A stretch of DNA of 64,000 bases from Azolla caroliniana. Taxonomy: Eukaryota > Plantae > Polypodiophyta. Positions 33,501 through 46,503 of this stretch are shown here, one piece after another. The translations under genes and the position numbers were made by a program. Location: NCBI GenBank assembly GCA_043228905.1, contig JBHGNT010000013.1:10912001-10976000 (forward strand), given 5' to 3'. Numbering within the stretch: position 1 is the stretch's first letter; the number at the start of each line of letters is the position of its first letter. The notes beneath the pieces were generated by a model. It did not search any database. It was not told the DNA's origin and saw nothing but the letters and a program-made list of their open reading frames with translations.

Positions 33501-34380
33501 CCGGAAGAAGAAGGCCAAGACCCGAACATGGTCCGATGTGGTGAAGGGCTTGGAACCGGAAGACGAATTTGGAGCGACCGATTCGGACAAGAGCTAGAAC
33601 GAATCGGACACAACCGATTCGGTTCAACAGACGGATTCAGAAGATACGGATCAATTCAAGGCCAAGAGGACGAGAAGGCGGCGAAAGTCGAACCGACATG
33701 AAGGAATCGTCGAATCGGCAAGCGCTAAAGTCACAACAACGAGGGAGATGAATTGGACCTGTTCAATAGACAACCCAACTGAGGAGGTCGAGGTGCACAA
33801 AATCAGAAGGGTCACAGCAAACATGACCGGACCAGACGAGGAGCGCGAGCGAGGTGGAGTGACGCCAGAAGGAGCCGGGTGGAAGGACCGGCTGCCATGG
33901 AGACTGACACTACGATCCGACCTCAAGTTGAGCTTGAGGGGGAGTGTTGAGCGGCAAGCTCAACCGGATCCGAATCGGCTTAATAAGCCTGAGCCAGATC
34001 ATCATCCGGAAGGATGAGCCAAATCGGTGAGCTGGTGAGCAAGTGAGCCGGTGAGCTGGGGAGCTAGTTAGCCGGATCAAGCAATAACCGGAAGCCTAGT
34101 AGCAGCCTAAACTACTAGGTAGTTAATGTCTCGTAGTTAGTGTTAGACACTCATGTGAGCATTGAAGTACATCGTACTTCTGTCAGTCCTCTTAGGACTT
34201 GTATAAATAGTGTTGTTGAGCATGTTGTATGAACAAAGAATTTTACAGAGTTGTTGATAATAGATTTAAGTTGTTCTGCTCTCTCTCTGTCTCTCCCGCG
34301 TATTGTGTATATTCAAGCTCTCCATTAAACTTGTGTTTTTGAGTTTGGTTTTCTATTGCTTCTGCACGCTATTCTTCTTA
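30566..34380 (+). mobile_element. Copia-2: older, internally deleted relative of Copia-1 (3' part plus 3' LTR 33945 to about 34380)
   Basis: Collinear with Copia-1 from about 3667 on. Deletions near 31210 (pre-integrase) and 33100 (RT/RH). PPT AGGGGGAG, then TGTTGAGCGGCAAGCTCAACCGG at 33945. LTR end approximate. Confidence 0.92.
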
Positions 34381-36271
34381 ATTCCATTCGAGATCATATG
34401 GCTACTGATGTGTTCGTGAAAGATGTTTTGGATCATATCATCCCGGATCGTGCTTCTTGCGCGAAGTCGCAAAACCCTCATACTGACTATAGGCAATTCT
34501 ATTGGCATGGTGGTTTTCTGTTTCGACAAAACCTACTGTATGTTCTTAATGGTTCCCCATGCTTGCAAGTCTTACAAGATTGTCATGACACACCAATGGC
34601 TGGACATTTTGGAGTCACCAAAACTCTAGAATTAGTTTCTCGGCAATATTGGTGGCCTCAACTTTGTCATTTTATGGAGGAGTATGTCAAAAGTTGTGAT
34701 ACATGTTGTCGATCAAAGAGTCCTCGACACCGATCATATGGGTTACTACAACCACTTCCAATTCTTGAAAATCCTTGGAAGTCTATATCCTTGGATTTCA
34801 TTACCGATCTCCCAGTTTCAAGGGGTTTTGATACCATTTTGACCGTGGTCAATCGACTTACCAAAATGGCACATTTGTTGCCATGTACAAAGTCTATTAC
34901 TAGTCAAGAGACAGTGGATCTAGTTATGCAAGAGGTGTTCAAGCATCATGGTTTCCTAGATGATATTATTAGTGATCGAGGTCCACAATTCATCTCAAAG
35001 TTCTGGAAGCAGATGTTAAAACTTCTCCGAGTTTCGGCTAAGCTTTCTTCGGGCTACCATCCAGAGACTAATGGCCAAACCGAGCGTACCAACCAAACTT
35101 TGGAGCAATATCTTCGTTGTTTCATCAACTATCAACAGGATGATTGGGTTGATTTTCTACATTTGGCGGAATTCGCTTATAACAACTCAATCCATTCGTC
35201 TATAGGATATTCGCCATTTTTGGCAAATATAGGTTCTCATCCACATTGGACGATGATTGAACACCCCGGAGTTCCTATCAACCTTACTGTTGCGAATCAT
35301 CGCAGTCGTCTCCAAGAAATTGACGCTACCATTCTCCACAATTTGCATGATGCTCAAAGTACATACAAGAGGATTGCGAACCGTCATCGCCTAGACTCCT
35401 CAAAAACGTTTCAGGTCGGGGATCGTGTATGGCTTCTACAACACAACATCAAGACCACTAGGCCTTGTGGTAAATTAGATTACCAATGGTTTGGCCTGTA
35501 CGAGATCACTGGTAAGATAAGGGATGTTGCATTTCGCCTTGGCCTCCCTCCTCACATGCATCTTCACCTTGTGTTTCATGTCTCCCTTCTTGAACCTTAC
35601 ACCACAAGTTCAATTCTGGACCGACTTACAACTCCCCCACCACCTGTAGAGTTTTTTGAAGAACCGGAATTTGAGGTTGCTACCATTCTCGATTCCAAGA
35701 TCGTGCGCAACAAGTTGTATTACGTGGTCGATTGGTTAGGCTATACACCCAATGATCGAACTTGGGAACTTCCAACAAATCTTGTCAATGCTACGGACAT
35801 GGTTACCGAATTTCATCAACAATATCCTCATAAGCTAGGTCCTAGTTCAACCCATACGACCCGTGATACGGGTCGTCGAAGAAGGGGGTTAGTGTCATGA
35901 CGACATTTACATACGATTTGGGTTTACAAGGAATCGAACCCACAACCTTGTTATTTACGTGTCGAGTTCTTAACCATTGTAATGGTATATTTATGTGTAA
36001 AGAATTTATAAACTATATAGAATATCATAAAGTATTCTAGAGTACTCTATGTTCTAGAATGTTCTAGAATATTCGAGAGTGCTCTATTGTCTAGAACGTT
36101 CTAGAATATTCTAGCATAATCTTTATTCTAAGATTTTCTAGAATACCCTATTAAGACTTATAAATATGCATCTAATAATAAGGGATGAACCAACTTGGTT
36201 CAACGCCATTCTGGAGCTCCCTTGTTGTTTATTGTATTCCATCTTCTAGTGCAATACATTATCTTTACAAT

Positions 36272-36346
<75 letters not shown>

Positions 36347-36353
36347 CTTGACA
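34381..36353 (+). mobile_element. 3' part of older Tcn1-like chromovirus (integrase-chromodomain plus 3' LTR 35893-36353)
   Basis: ORF 34356-35900 aligns with young chromovirus integrase and chromodomain; PPT GAAGAAGGGGG; LTR TGTCATGA...CTTGACA with HSE array, TATAAATA and CT repeat. Confidence 0.92.
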
Positions 36354-37570
36354 GTTTCCATGGACAAAAAAGTCTTTGCATTCTATTTTGCAACATCTTC
36401 AATATTTGTTGTGGAAGAAGAAGGATAAGATGAGAATCACATGGATTGTGTGGAATCATCTAGCAACTCCTAAGCGCTTGGGGGGAGCAACGCTGGAATA
36501 TTGGACTTATTTATGCATATGATGGCTCGTATATTTTCCTTATTGCAATACATGTGTTCATAATCACAACCATGGATATCTATTGTTCCATATTTCATTG
36601 AGAACAAGGTTTAAACACATGGGAGGACAACGATTAATGCTTCATGGTGGCAATTACTAAACGGATATATTTCACTTAAGATTCCTAGCTCTTCATGTGC
36701 TCAACACTTGGTTATCTCATGGCACGAAGTGCGCTCTCATTATGTGTACGGAAACCATCTTCTATTAGAGAACATTTGTCACATACATGAATGTCTGTGA
36801 CAACATTGTAATTCTTTGCAAAAGGAGTTATTTGTGTCTTCTGGGTTATTATATTGGCCTGGAAAGGAGAAATTGCGCTCTTAGTTTAATTGTTTGTTTT
36901 GTTTTGAGGTCAAAGAGGTGGAAGATATAGTTGAGGCTCCATCTCAAAGAATTTTGGAGTTTGTTGAAGCACAACGATTATTACGCATCCCGCCCAATTA
37001 TGGGTTTATTTAGCAACAACTACAAAGTATTCCATTGATGCAAGGTCCTTTACTTTTACAAACAAAAGAGAAATTGTAGATTGATTGGTGTTTATGGGGT
37101 CAAATGTTCTTTTTACAAGTGACTACTAATCTTTTTTATCATTGCCTAGTTCAGTCTCTTCTATGGCTATCATCTAAGGTTGAATAAGAATGAAAAGTAC
37201 CTATCTCTGATCATGGGTGGCGGCAAATCTTAAAACATAATTGGCATTCTAAATCGCCACATATAACAAAGGTCTTCATTTGGAGAGTTTTGATTGGGTG
37301 TTTGCCTTTCGGATTAGCTCTAAAGCGACCTAGACTAGTAATAGGCAATTGTTTCTTTTGCACAGTTCAAATGGAAGATAATACTCATCATTTATCATAT
37401 TTGGAGTTACAATTCTCAAATTTGGCAAGTTTTATCACTGTGTTATTTGACACCTAAACAGTGGGTGTTTGCACAATTCACATAGGTTGACCCAAAATCA
37501 GAGATGGAGATCGTTTTCTTATTTTTGAGGTATTGGGAATTGCATCATAATTGGGATATGCGCAATTTAA
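36354..37570 (+). mobile_element. Degraded L1-type LINE ORF2 3' region
   Basis: Translatable remnants VWNHLATPKRLGG (PKxxGGLG-like motif, about 36450-36490) and FIWRVLIGCLPFG...CFFCTVQMEDNTHH (zf-RVT-like, about 37275-37390). Confidence 0.7.
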
Positions 37571-38289
37571 CATGTTCCACTACCCATGTAGTTAGTGGGT
37601 GACCATACTCCATTGTGACACCCATTGTAAGTAGTGTTTTTCATACACATTTATTAATATAATTGTGTGTTTTCACCAAGAGAGTTCACCGAGAGAGTGA
37701 GACAGAGATACACGTCCCTCTCGCTACATAGGATAGATAGGTAGTGGAGACTAAGAAGTGTTGTAATAAGCAAATTTTACATGTAATTTTAATATAATTA
37801 TGTGCTTTTACCATAGAGAGAGAGAGAGAGAGAGAGAAGCTTAAAATGTAGCCCTAGGGAATATGTTAAAATGGCGAAGAACCCTCATAAAGGTTTATAT
37901 TTCACCTTTATATTGCATCCTTATTTAACTAAACTATAAATATGCCCTTTTCATATTATATCAAGGTTTGTCAATATTACCCTTATAGCCTATTACAATG
38001 TTCAACCATCTATCTCTCTCTATTGCCTTACTTTTCGATTTATCCCTGAACCATAGCATCAAAATGGAATGTTAAGGTAAATATTATCACTAGACTAGTC
38101 ATCGAATATAGAAATAGTGTGTTTGGAGGGTTTATCACCATAGTGAAGCATTGGTTTCCTCTTCCTCTCGATTAATTACAAAGTGCCCTATTCTTGCCTA
38201 TCTAAATTTGACCTATTATTTGGGTTCTTGTAACTCCCATAAACTTATTTAATAGGGTAAAATAAATGTGTTCATGTTTGTCGGTGCCA

Positions 38290-40181
38290 ACTTGGTCCTT
38301 TTGGCCCTCGGTATAAAGGCATAGGCTTCGTATCCGAATATACGAAGCCTGTTGTAGGTCAAGCGATAAATTTATCAGGTAGATTGTCGTTTGCAACGTT
38401 TCGGCCCAAAATTCCAGCTTTAGTCCGAATTGATGGAGCATTGCTATCACTCTCTCCTAGATCGTCTGATTGGTCCGTTCCGCCTTGCCACTTTGCATGG
38501 AAGTCTAGGGAATGGTCTTTTGATACCAGATCCCTTTGTTGGTCAGGTACTGCTTGAAGGCTCAAGAGGTATATTCACCTCCGTTGTCGGATCAGAGTGT
38601 CTTCACTCAATGTCCTTATCAGTTCTCCACTTTGGTTAACCACTGAGAGAAGACCGTGAGCACTTCGTCTTTCGACCTAATCGAGTAGGCCCATACCTTC
38701 CATGTACATTCATCTCCAAATGTGATCAAGTACCAGGATCCTCCTAGTGACCTTTCGGGCATCAATCCACATATATTTGTGTGGACCAGTTCTAGTGGTT
38801 GATGTATTGTCCCATCGTGGAGAGAGTGTCGACTTCGAGTCTAATTCCCGTAACGACAATGCTCGCAGAAGTCTGTCTTCGACTGGAGCTTCGGGATGTG
38901 GCCGATCGTTATCAACCAGTCCAGTATGGCTTGTGACATATGGCTAAGTCGGCCATGCCATAAGTTCGAGTCCCACGATTCGGCTACGTTCATGGCCCCT
39001 TCTGGACTGATCGCCATCAGTGGGTACAAGTTATTGTACTTGTATCCATTCCCGATTTTGAAGTTTCCTCGGTTGATCGTCCATGATTACTCACTAAGAG
39101 TCGCTCTATACCCGACTTCGACTAACATGCCAATGGAGACCAAACTCCTCTTCAGCGCGAATACGTGCCGGACTTGGTGCGGGACGATTGTATTTCCGTT
39201 GGCAATCGAATTGGTACTTCGCCAAATCCGGCGATTTTGCATTCCTACCCATTGCTAAGTCAAATAGTGTCGTCGCCTCCGACCGAATACTTTGAAAACC
39301 ATTCAATGTTGGGGGTTACGTGAAATGTGGCTCCATATTGAATAACTGTCAGATCAATATGAGCTTTGATGAGGAGGACTGCTTTCTGTTAATCCCTTGG
39401 GAGGAGAGTTCGGATAACACCCGGTTGAAGGTGTTGATGTGGGAGGTAACTGACTCTGTCTCTCATCTTCATATTGAACAATTGTCGTATCAATATGAGC
39501 TTTGATGAGGAGGAGTGCTTTTCGTAAACGGCCTGAAGCTTCTCCCACAAGGTAAATGCCATCGTCTCTTTGGCCATGTTGAAGTAGACATTCTTAGCCA
39601 GATGCATTTGAATGGTCAACCTAGCTATTTTGTCTAGTGAGCGCTATTCGTTTGTTGTCATCGAGGTTGGCTTGTTATTGTGCTGTATTGCCTCAATTTG
39701 ACGTCGGATGATCAATACATTTTGCATCATCTCCTTCCATTGGGTAAAGTTCTTGTCGTCAAACTTTCAAATCTCTACTCCCGTACCGAATGTAGAAGCC
39801 ATGTTCTATAGGAAGTAGGATTTTTCTGACCTGGTCCTTTGCTTCAACTGATTCTTCTGTTCTCAGGTTTGTGTTGCTGTTGCCGCCGGACTGCAAGTTG
39901 CCCTGATACCACTTTGTTGGAGATAATATGTAGAGATGTTGGTGCAAAAGCGAGATTAAGGACCTGTCAATGAGTTTAGCAAACAACGCAAGTGGAGGTA
40001 TGCACTGTTAGACAAAGAGTGAGAGAGAGATGTGCTCAAAGAAGACTATGTTACATTAACCCTCAAACTCACTTTACAATGTTTAGTCTCTCACTTATAT
40101 AGTTAGGGTGACTTAGCCCTAACTATGAGGACGTGTTCACACTATGATACAAGTGGGTAGAGTGGGACTTTTAGCCCAACA
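38290..40181 (-). mobile_element. 5' half of degraded Ty1/copia element (LTR 39915-40181, tRNA-Met PBS, gag, GAG-pre-integrase, integrase)
   Basis: Minus strand CCAACA-AAG-TGGTATCAGG; remnants LWEKLQAVYEK, LWHGRLSHMS...CEHCRYG, EFWAETLQTTIYLIN. No RT/RH follows. Confidence 0.82.
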
Positions 40182-40864
40182 AACATCCCAACCACCCAAG
40201 GCATAGCTTAAAGGGCCTTGTCATCACCCACGACTTCCTACAACACTAGTGCATCCCCAAAGCTGAAGGAGGGGGTAAATTCATGCTATGTGTACCCACT
40301 AAATCACTCCACTTTGTGTCCAACTACAAAACCATATTCTTCACAAAAGGTTGCCCCCTTGACTATACCCACAAATTAGAAGTCCCTAGAACCCCTCATT
40401 TCACAAAACCCTCCTCGCAAGCATCACAACCTTCACTATGAGAGTCGCTCGTTGATTAACTATTGAAGCTCTCACAACGAAGCCCACTGCAAGTCATGAA
40501 ATCTTTTTCTTTTTCCCTATGCCTATCAAACATATCTGGACTATTGAGGGCGCGAGAGAGATATACTCCACTATAGATGAGGGGGTGGACACAAATTTTA
40601 GTACTAATGAATGGTGGGAAACCTCAAACATATATAAACTTAAAACACATACACATACACATACACAATGGAAGAAATGTGTGAACCTGAGCTAAATAAG
40701 TGCTCAAATCAATATGTATGTGCAAAGCCTTATTATATTGTTATTAGTGTAGTAGCTCTTCACACTCTCTTATCTCATCTATCACTCTGCACCTCACTTC
40801 CTCTTCTCCTTCTTCTTCTTTCCTTTGGGGCTGGGGTTTCTTGACAAGGAGGATCACCATCACC

Positions 40865-43215
40865 ATGACCACCACCATGATTCTCTCTCCACCATTTCCA
40901 GCCCCAACCTACAACCCCATCGCCTCCTCAACCATCTCCCGGATGAAGGACCTCAAAACCCCTCCACCATTGCTCATTATGGCTTCTAATCCTCCCAGAA
41001 GCAAAGGTCACATTCAGTCCACTCTTTCACTCTCTTCATCGTTCACTTTCATTTCTACTACAGTGTAAATTTTTTCGTTTTTCTTCATTAAAACCATAAC
41101 CCTAACCTTTAAAATTTTAACCCTAACCCTGATCTCTGAAATTGAACACCCTAACCCTAATTTCTATTCACAGATGATGCACCTCCATGGGAGGACTACT
41201 TCCAAACCTTATTCAAGAGATGGGCAGAAAAAATCAACACTAACGCTGGTGTAAGTGATCCCTCTCAAACTAATGCTCCTACTTCCGGTTCAAAACCTAC
41301 TAAACCTCCCCTTAATCTGGAAAATCCTACCATTGATATCACTACCACTCCTTCTTCAATCACCGAAACTCAAATTCAAAATGAAACTGAAACCCGAAAA
41401 GAGGAGAATGATGCGTCTCTGTTGGAAGACACCTCAATAATTGTATCAGAGATGGCCAAAGAAGACCAAAGTAGATCTGAATCTCGGCAACGCCTTGATA
41501 TAGAAAAGAAAGTTTCCTCTTTGAGCATCAACGATGCATTGTATTCTTTAGAGCATGATTCAGACACACCGTTAGTACAAGATTTCATCAATGTTTTGCG
41601 AAATTGTCGAAGAAAGAAGATCCTCCGATATACTGAAAGGGTTTTTTTGCAAATGTGTAGAAGTGGGTTAGATTGCCATGTAGCTCTCGGAAATAATATC
41701 GTGGCAGCATTCATCGAATGTGATAATATGCATTTTGCCCTTCAAGTATTCAACAAATTGGATACCCGAACGGAGTATTCTTGGACTTATGTAATAAGAG
41801 GTCATATCGAGCGAGACAATGCATCTCTCGCCTTCTCTCTATTATGGAAAATGGAAGAAGACCGTGTGCTCCCTAGCAAGTTCACATTTGTTGCTGTATT
41901 GAAAGCATGTGCCATCTTGAAATGTGTGGTGAAATCTCATGAAGTGCATCTTTGGATCGTTAAATTGGGCCTCGAATCCGATTATTTCATTGGAAACACT
42001 TTAGTAGATTTGTATGCTAAATGTGGATCAATTATTGAAGCACAGAAAGTATTTGTGAAGCTTCCAGCTAGAGATACCGTGTCGTGGACCGCATTAATAT
42101 GTGGTTACGTTGGGAATGGCCTTCATAAAGAAGCATTGAGATGTTATAAGAAAATGAAAGGGGATGGGATCCTCCCCGATGCATTTACATGTGTTTGTGG
42201 CTTGAAAGCATGTGGTAGCATTGGAGCCAAAGGGATGGGTAAGGAAATACATTGCCAGATAACCATAGAAGGATTTGAGGAAGAAGACCCTTTTATTGGA
42301 AATGCACTAGTTGATATGTATGTCAAATGTGGTTTGCTTGATGAAGCTCAAAATGTGTTTGATGATCTTTCCATTCAAGATGTGGTTTCTTGGACTGCTC
42401 TCATCGCCGGATATGCGGAGCAAGGTGAAAATGAGAAGGCGATGATATGCCACCGACAGATGCAAGAGCAGTGCTTGCTACCGAATGACGTAACCTTTGC
42501 AAGCACTTTGAAAGCATGTGGGAATAAGGCAGATCAAGAAAATGGAACAAGGCTACATGCACAAGTGTTAGCCATGGACCATCTTGGGAGTTTAGATGTA
42601 ATCACAGCAACTGCCCTTATCGACATGTACGCAAAGTGTGGGAACATGGTATGTGCACAAGAAGTGTTCGATGGGATGCAACAGAGAGACATTGTCGGTT
42701 GGAATGCATTGTTCACGGGCTATACTCGTCAAGGAGAGAGCAAGCTGGTGTTAGAGATTTTCGATAAGATGATCGATGAAGGAATAAAACCCGACGACGT
42801 CACTTTCCTTAGTATCCTTTCCGCATGCAGCCATGCAGGATCGGTCGAGAAGGGAAGACTATATTTCGATGCTTTAGGCAAAGAGTATGGGATTGAGCCA
42901 ACTATCAAGCACTACAATTGTATGGTGGATCTCTTCGGAAGAGCGGGACAGATTAAAGAGGCTTTTTCGATGTTGCGTAGTATGCCCTTTTCACCAGATC
43001 TCGTCGTGTGGACCACTTTGTTGGCCTCTTGTCGGAAGTGGGGAAATGTAGAGATCGGTCGTCAAGCTTTCGAAGCTGCCCTGAGACTCGATGATAAACA
43101 TATGGCAGCTTATAATGCAATGTTTAACCTCTATGTCGATGCGAATATGTGGGAAGAAGCAAAGCAGATCGAGTCGAGGAAACTAAACATACAAGTAGGT
43201 AAAGAGCTTGGTTGA
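40865..43215 (+). CDS. PLS-class pentatricopeptide repeat protein with E domain, no DYW; predicted join(40865..41006,41174..43215), 727 aa
   Basis: Repeated GNxLVDMYxKCG / DVVSWTALIxGY / PDxxTF motifs; HYNCMVDLFGRAG; E domain WTTLLASCRKWGNVE. A GT..AG phase-1 intron 41007-41173 joins an upstream Ser/Thr/Pro-rich exon in frame (intron inferred). Confidence 0.88.
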
Positions 43216-43508
43216 ATGGATGGATGGAATGTTTCCCCATTTCCAACCTTCTCTCGAGTCGAAAGATCGTCTCTTTGTGATTCGAAGCTACATAATGATG
43301 GATGCATGAACTGCAAGATAGAAGAGAAGTATCACGGGCTTCGTCGAGTGCTCATACATACGTGGAAAATACATGTCTGCACATGAAGATAGGTCTGTTT
43401 ATGACTACAAAGAGTCATTGACATATGTATATCTTATCTTAAAACAAGTGGAATATTGAGCTAAGCAATATGCCCATGTGTAATGCTTAGACCACTTTGC
43501 AGTCGTGC

Positions 43509-43569
<61 letters not shown>

Positions 43570-46503
43570 GCATGTGATGCAGCCCAATGGGTTAAGTCTA
43601 GAAAGAAAGAACAAGAATATAATCTTTTAATCATTGATCTCATAGATGCCCATGCTTCTTCACTCCAGAAGCTTACAGAGGTATAATAAAGAGCTCCCAT
43701 CTTCATTCTTGTTTACATTGTGGGTAAGTATTGATTGGTAAGTTACAAACACACACACATTATATATGCATATTCCTCGTAGATTTAGTATTCAAGTTAA
43801 AGATGGGTGAGGTCTTACTTGTCACTAAAACTTGAAGAGGAAATGTTGGCTTAATCAAGCCTTTTGGAGTTGTAAACGCGTAAAAGCAAATGGAGATAAG
43901 ATAAATGTTAACATCAGGAATAGGGTTTTCATTTCACATAAAACACAATATGCACATACATCAAACCTCAATTGATCTCAAAGGCTAGCAATATCACATA
44001 TGCACCCTCAAATTGCATGGGACATGTCTCTTTCAATTCAGCCAAATCCTATTGGCATGACAACTTGTGCATTTGCGAGACCATTGACATTTTTAACTTG
44101 TTTTACAAAATGTTCATAAAATATCTGTGTTAATATATGTTTATAAAATATCTTTCACCGAGAACCTGATCAAATTCATCGCAGACCTTATTGGAAGTAG
44201 ATGGCCAGTTTCCCAATGGTTTGTTGTCGAGGCTTGAGCTCAATACTCAAGATCTTTCTCACTCATGAAACAAGCTCCTCTCTAAAAGAGAAGATGAATG
44301 GATGCATCTTGCATAGTGGACCAGACCATGTGAGGCTCCTTTTGAAAAGAAAGTATGTCAAATTATGTAAAGCTATCGTCTATATCATGTGTGTGTGTGT
44401 GTGTCATATATGTCCTATAGGCTATAAGTTATAACTTATTATATAAGCTTGGAACCACCCGTGACTCTTATGATATCCAGAATATTTAATTTGTTTTGGA
44501 CAAGCATCTTAGAGCACTCACTTATCCATTGACGTTGATCATCAAATGAGTGTGCAATGTCTTGGTTACATGACATCCTTGGTATGTGAGGGCTATAATA
44601 GTTCGGTATCCTTGTACATGAAGACTATAATGGTTTGGACATAATATTCATACCTAGTAATCTAGGGTTTATAGCTCAATATGTACGTATATCCATGTGT
44701 GAAACCTCGGGAAAAGGTTAAGAGGGAGCAGTGTATTAAGTAGTTAGGAAGATAGTTAGATAGGATTGAAGACCGGACCAAAATTTAAAAAATTTACTTT
44801 TTGGTTAAGACTATATATATTGTGGTGTGCATGTGTCACACCGCAATATATATACATATGTATATGAAAAGATAAACAAGAATGGTTTTGTTGTCGGATG
44901 GTCATAACAATATGCTCGTGTTTATGCATAGTGGCACACATAATTTTGGGTGGACCAAATGTGTTCCACCCAATTCCATTTGTGATTCAAAGCTCATATG
45001 ATAAGCCATTCTCCAGAAATATATTCCATTGTGTTTTATAACTTATCTATGGTCTTGAAGTAACTTGGAGTTGTAATTTGTCTCTATGGTCCAAATTTTT
45101 CAGATGGGTTACGTGGACGATATGTGAGTGAGTGATTCCACATGTAACACAAATTGGCAAGTAGTAAAAGTATTGGGTATATAATGGTTCATCAACGTTA
45201 GGGGAGACATTGAAGACTAGCAACCCATTTGTTGGATACTACATTTCATAACATGCATCTTGCCCAAGATCATTACAAAAAGTATGATGATTAGAGACAT
45301 AGACTTTGGGGTAAGGGGACTATCTATATCTGTAAGAGTTCTTCAAAACTTTGAGATGCTTAAAAGTGGCATAAGTTCCAAAGAATCAACATGTTATTGT
45401 GGGATGTTTCCACATTTACAACGAACTAGAGAGGTGGTTTACTAGTTGGAATTACCTTCTTGCAAAAGTGTCATGTAGGCAAGAAGAGCATTCCGTGTGG
45501 ATTGAGACCAATTGCACGAACCCAAACATATGTACATGAAAAACAATATATTTTGTAATGTTTATGGTGAATTGGGGGGGATGTTGACGTATTAGCGAAG
45601 ATCGAGATGAAGTTCCAAGGTTAGTAAAGATGTTAGTGCAAAGACCGGAATGTAGACAAGAAATATATATGGAAAACAAGTGTGCCATAATTTTTGTTGC
45701 AATTTCTCGTAGTGAAGTGGTGGCTGCAAGACCATCATTGAGTTAGCATGCACTACTCGGGAACACGAGAGACTCTACCCATTCGCAAAAGAGAAAAGAT
45801 TCCACGGATTTGTTTGTTTTGGGAGGAGGCCAGACAACACTTCTTTTAAAGGAGAGAATAAGTCTTGGGGGAAGGGTGACTAAGAAGGTAGTACCAACTC
45901 ATGGCATTTCATGTACCTCACACATGGCTTTTGGGTTTGGGGGTTTAATGGAAAGATTCCGAGTCGATTATGTCCGGACAGGTTCTCTCGCATATACAAG
46001 AGGAATATGGATGTACACGGGCGGGGTTCGGCCGGATGGATGGGCGGACATTGGCCTCGGAGCTCCCCCCTAGAAATGAACACATACACACACACATACA
46101 TTTTTCGGGTTTGGGTTTGGGTTTGGGTGGATGGACAGGCGGCCGGACATTGGGTCTATGGAGCTTCCCCCTGCCCCCCTTCCTTTGGAAATGAACACAT
46201 GCACACAATACATCTTATGAGGGGTTTCTACACACTACTACTACTACTAACTACTACACAAACCATTGGGAATGTTTTGTTTGAACTTTCAAAAACACAG
46301 AACCCCCCCTCTTGGATTTGTGTGAACGACACAATCCCTAATCGAAGAAGAATAGAATGGTAATGAATCATGATAAAGAAGAAGAAGATGATGATCATTG
46401 ATGAAGAAGAAGAGGAGTGTCACTGATCATTGATTTGATTCCATTTTCAATGTTTCATTTTGATATTACATGGCATTCCTTTGCTGCTTCCTACCTAATA
46501 CTC

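Noticed and set aside
41098-41160. Interstitial telomere
   Set aside because: Only a few scattered CCCTAA units; too short and interrupted.
45695-45760. CACTA transposon termini (TCTCGTAGTG, CACTACTC); also CACTAC...GTAGTG at 37578-37637
   Set aside because: No matching partner terminus with a 3-bp TSD, subterminal repeats or transposase could be identified.
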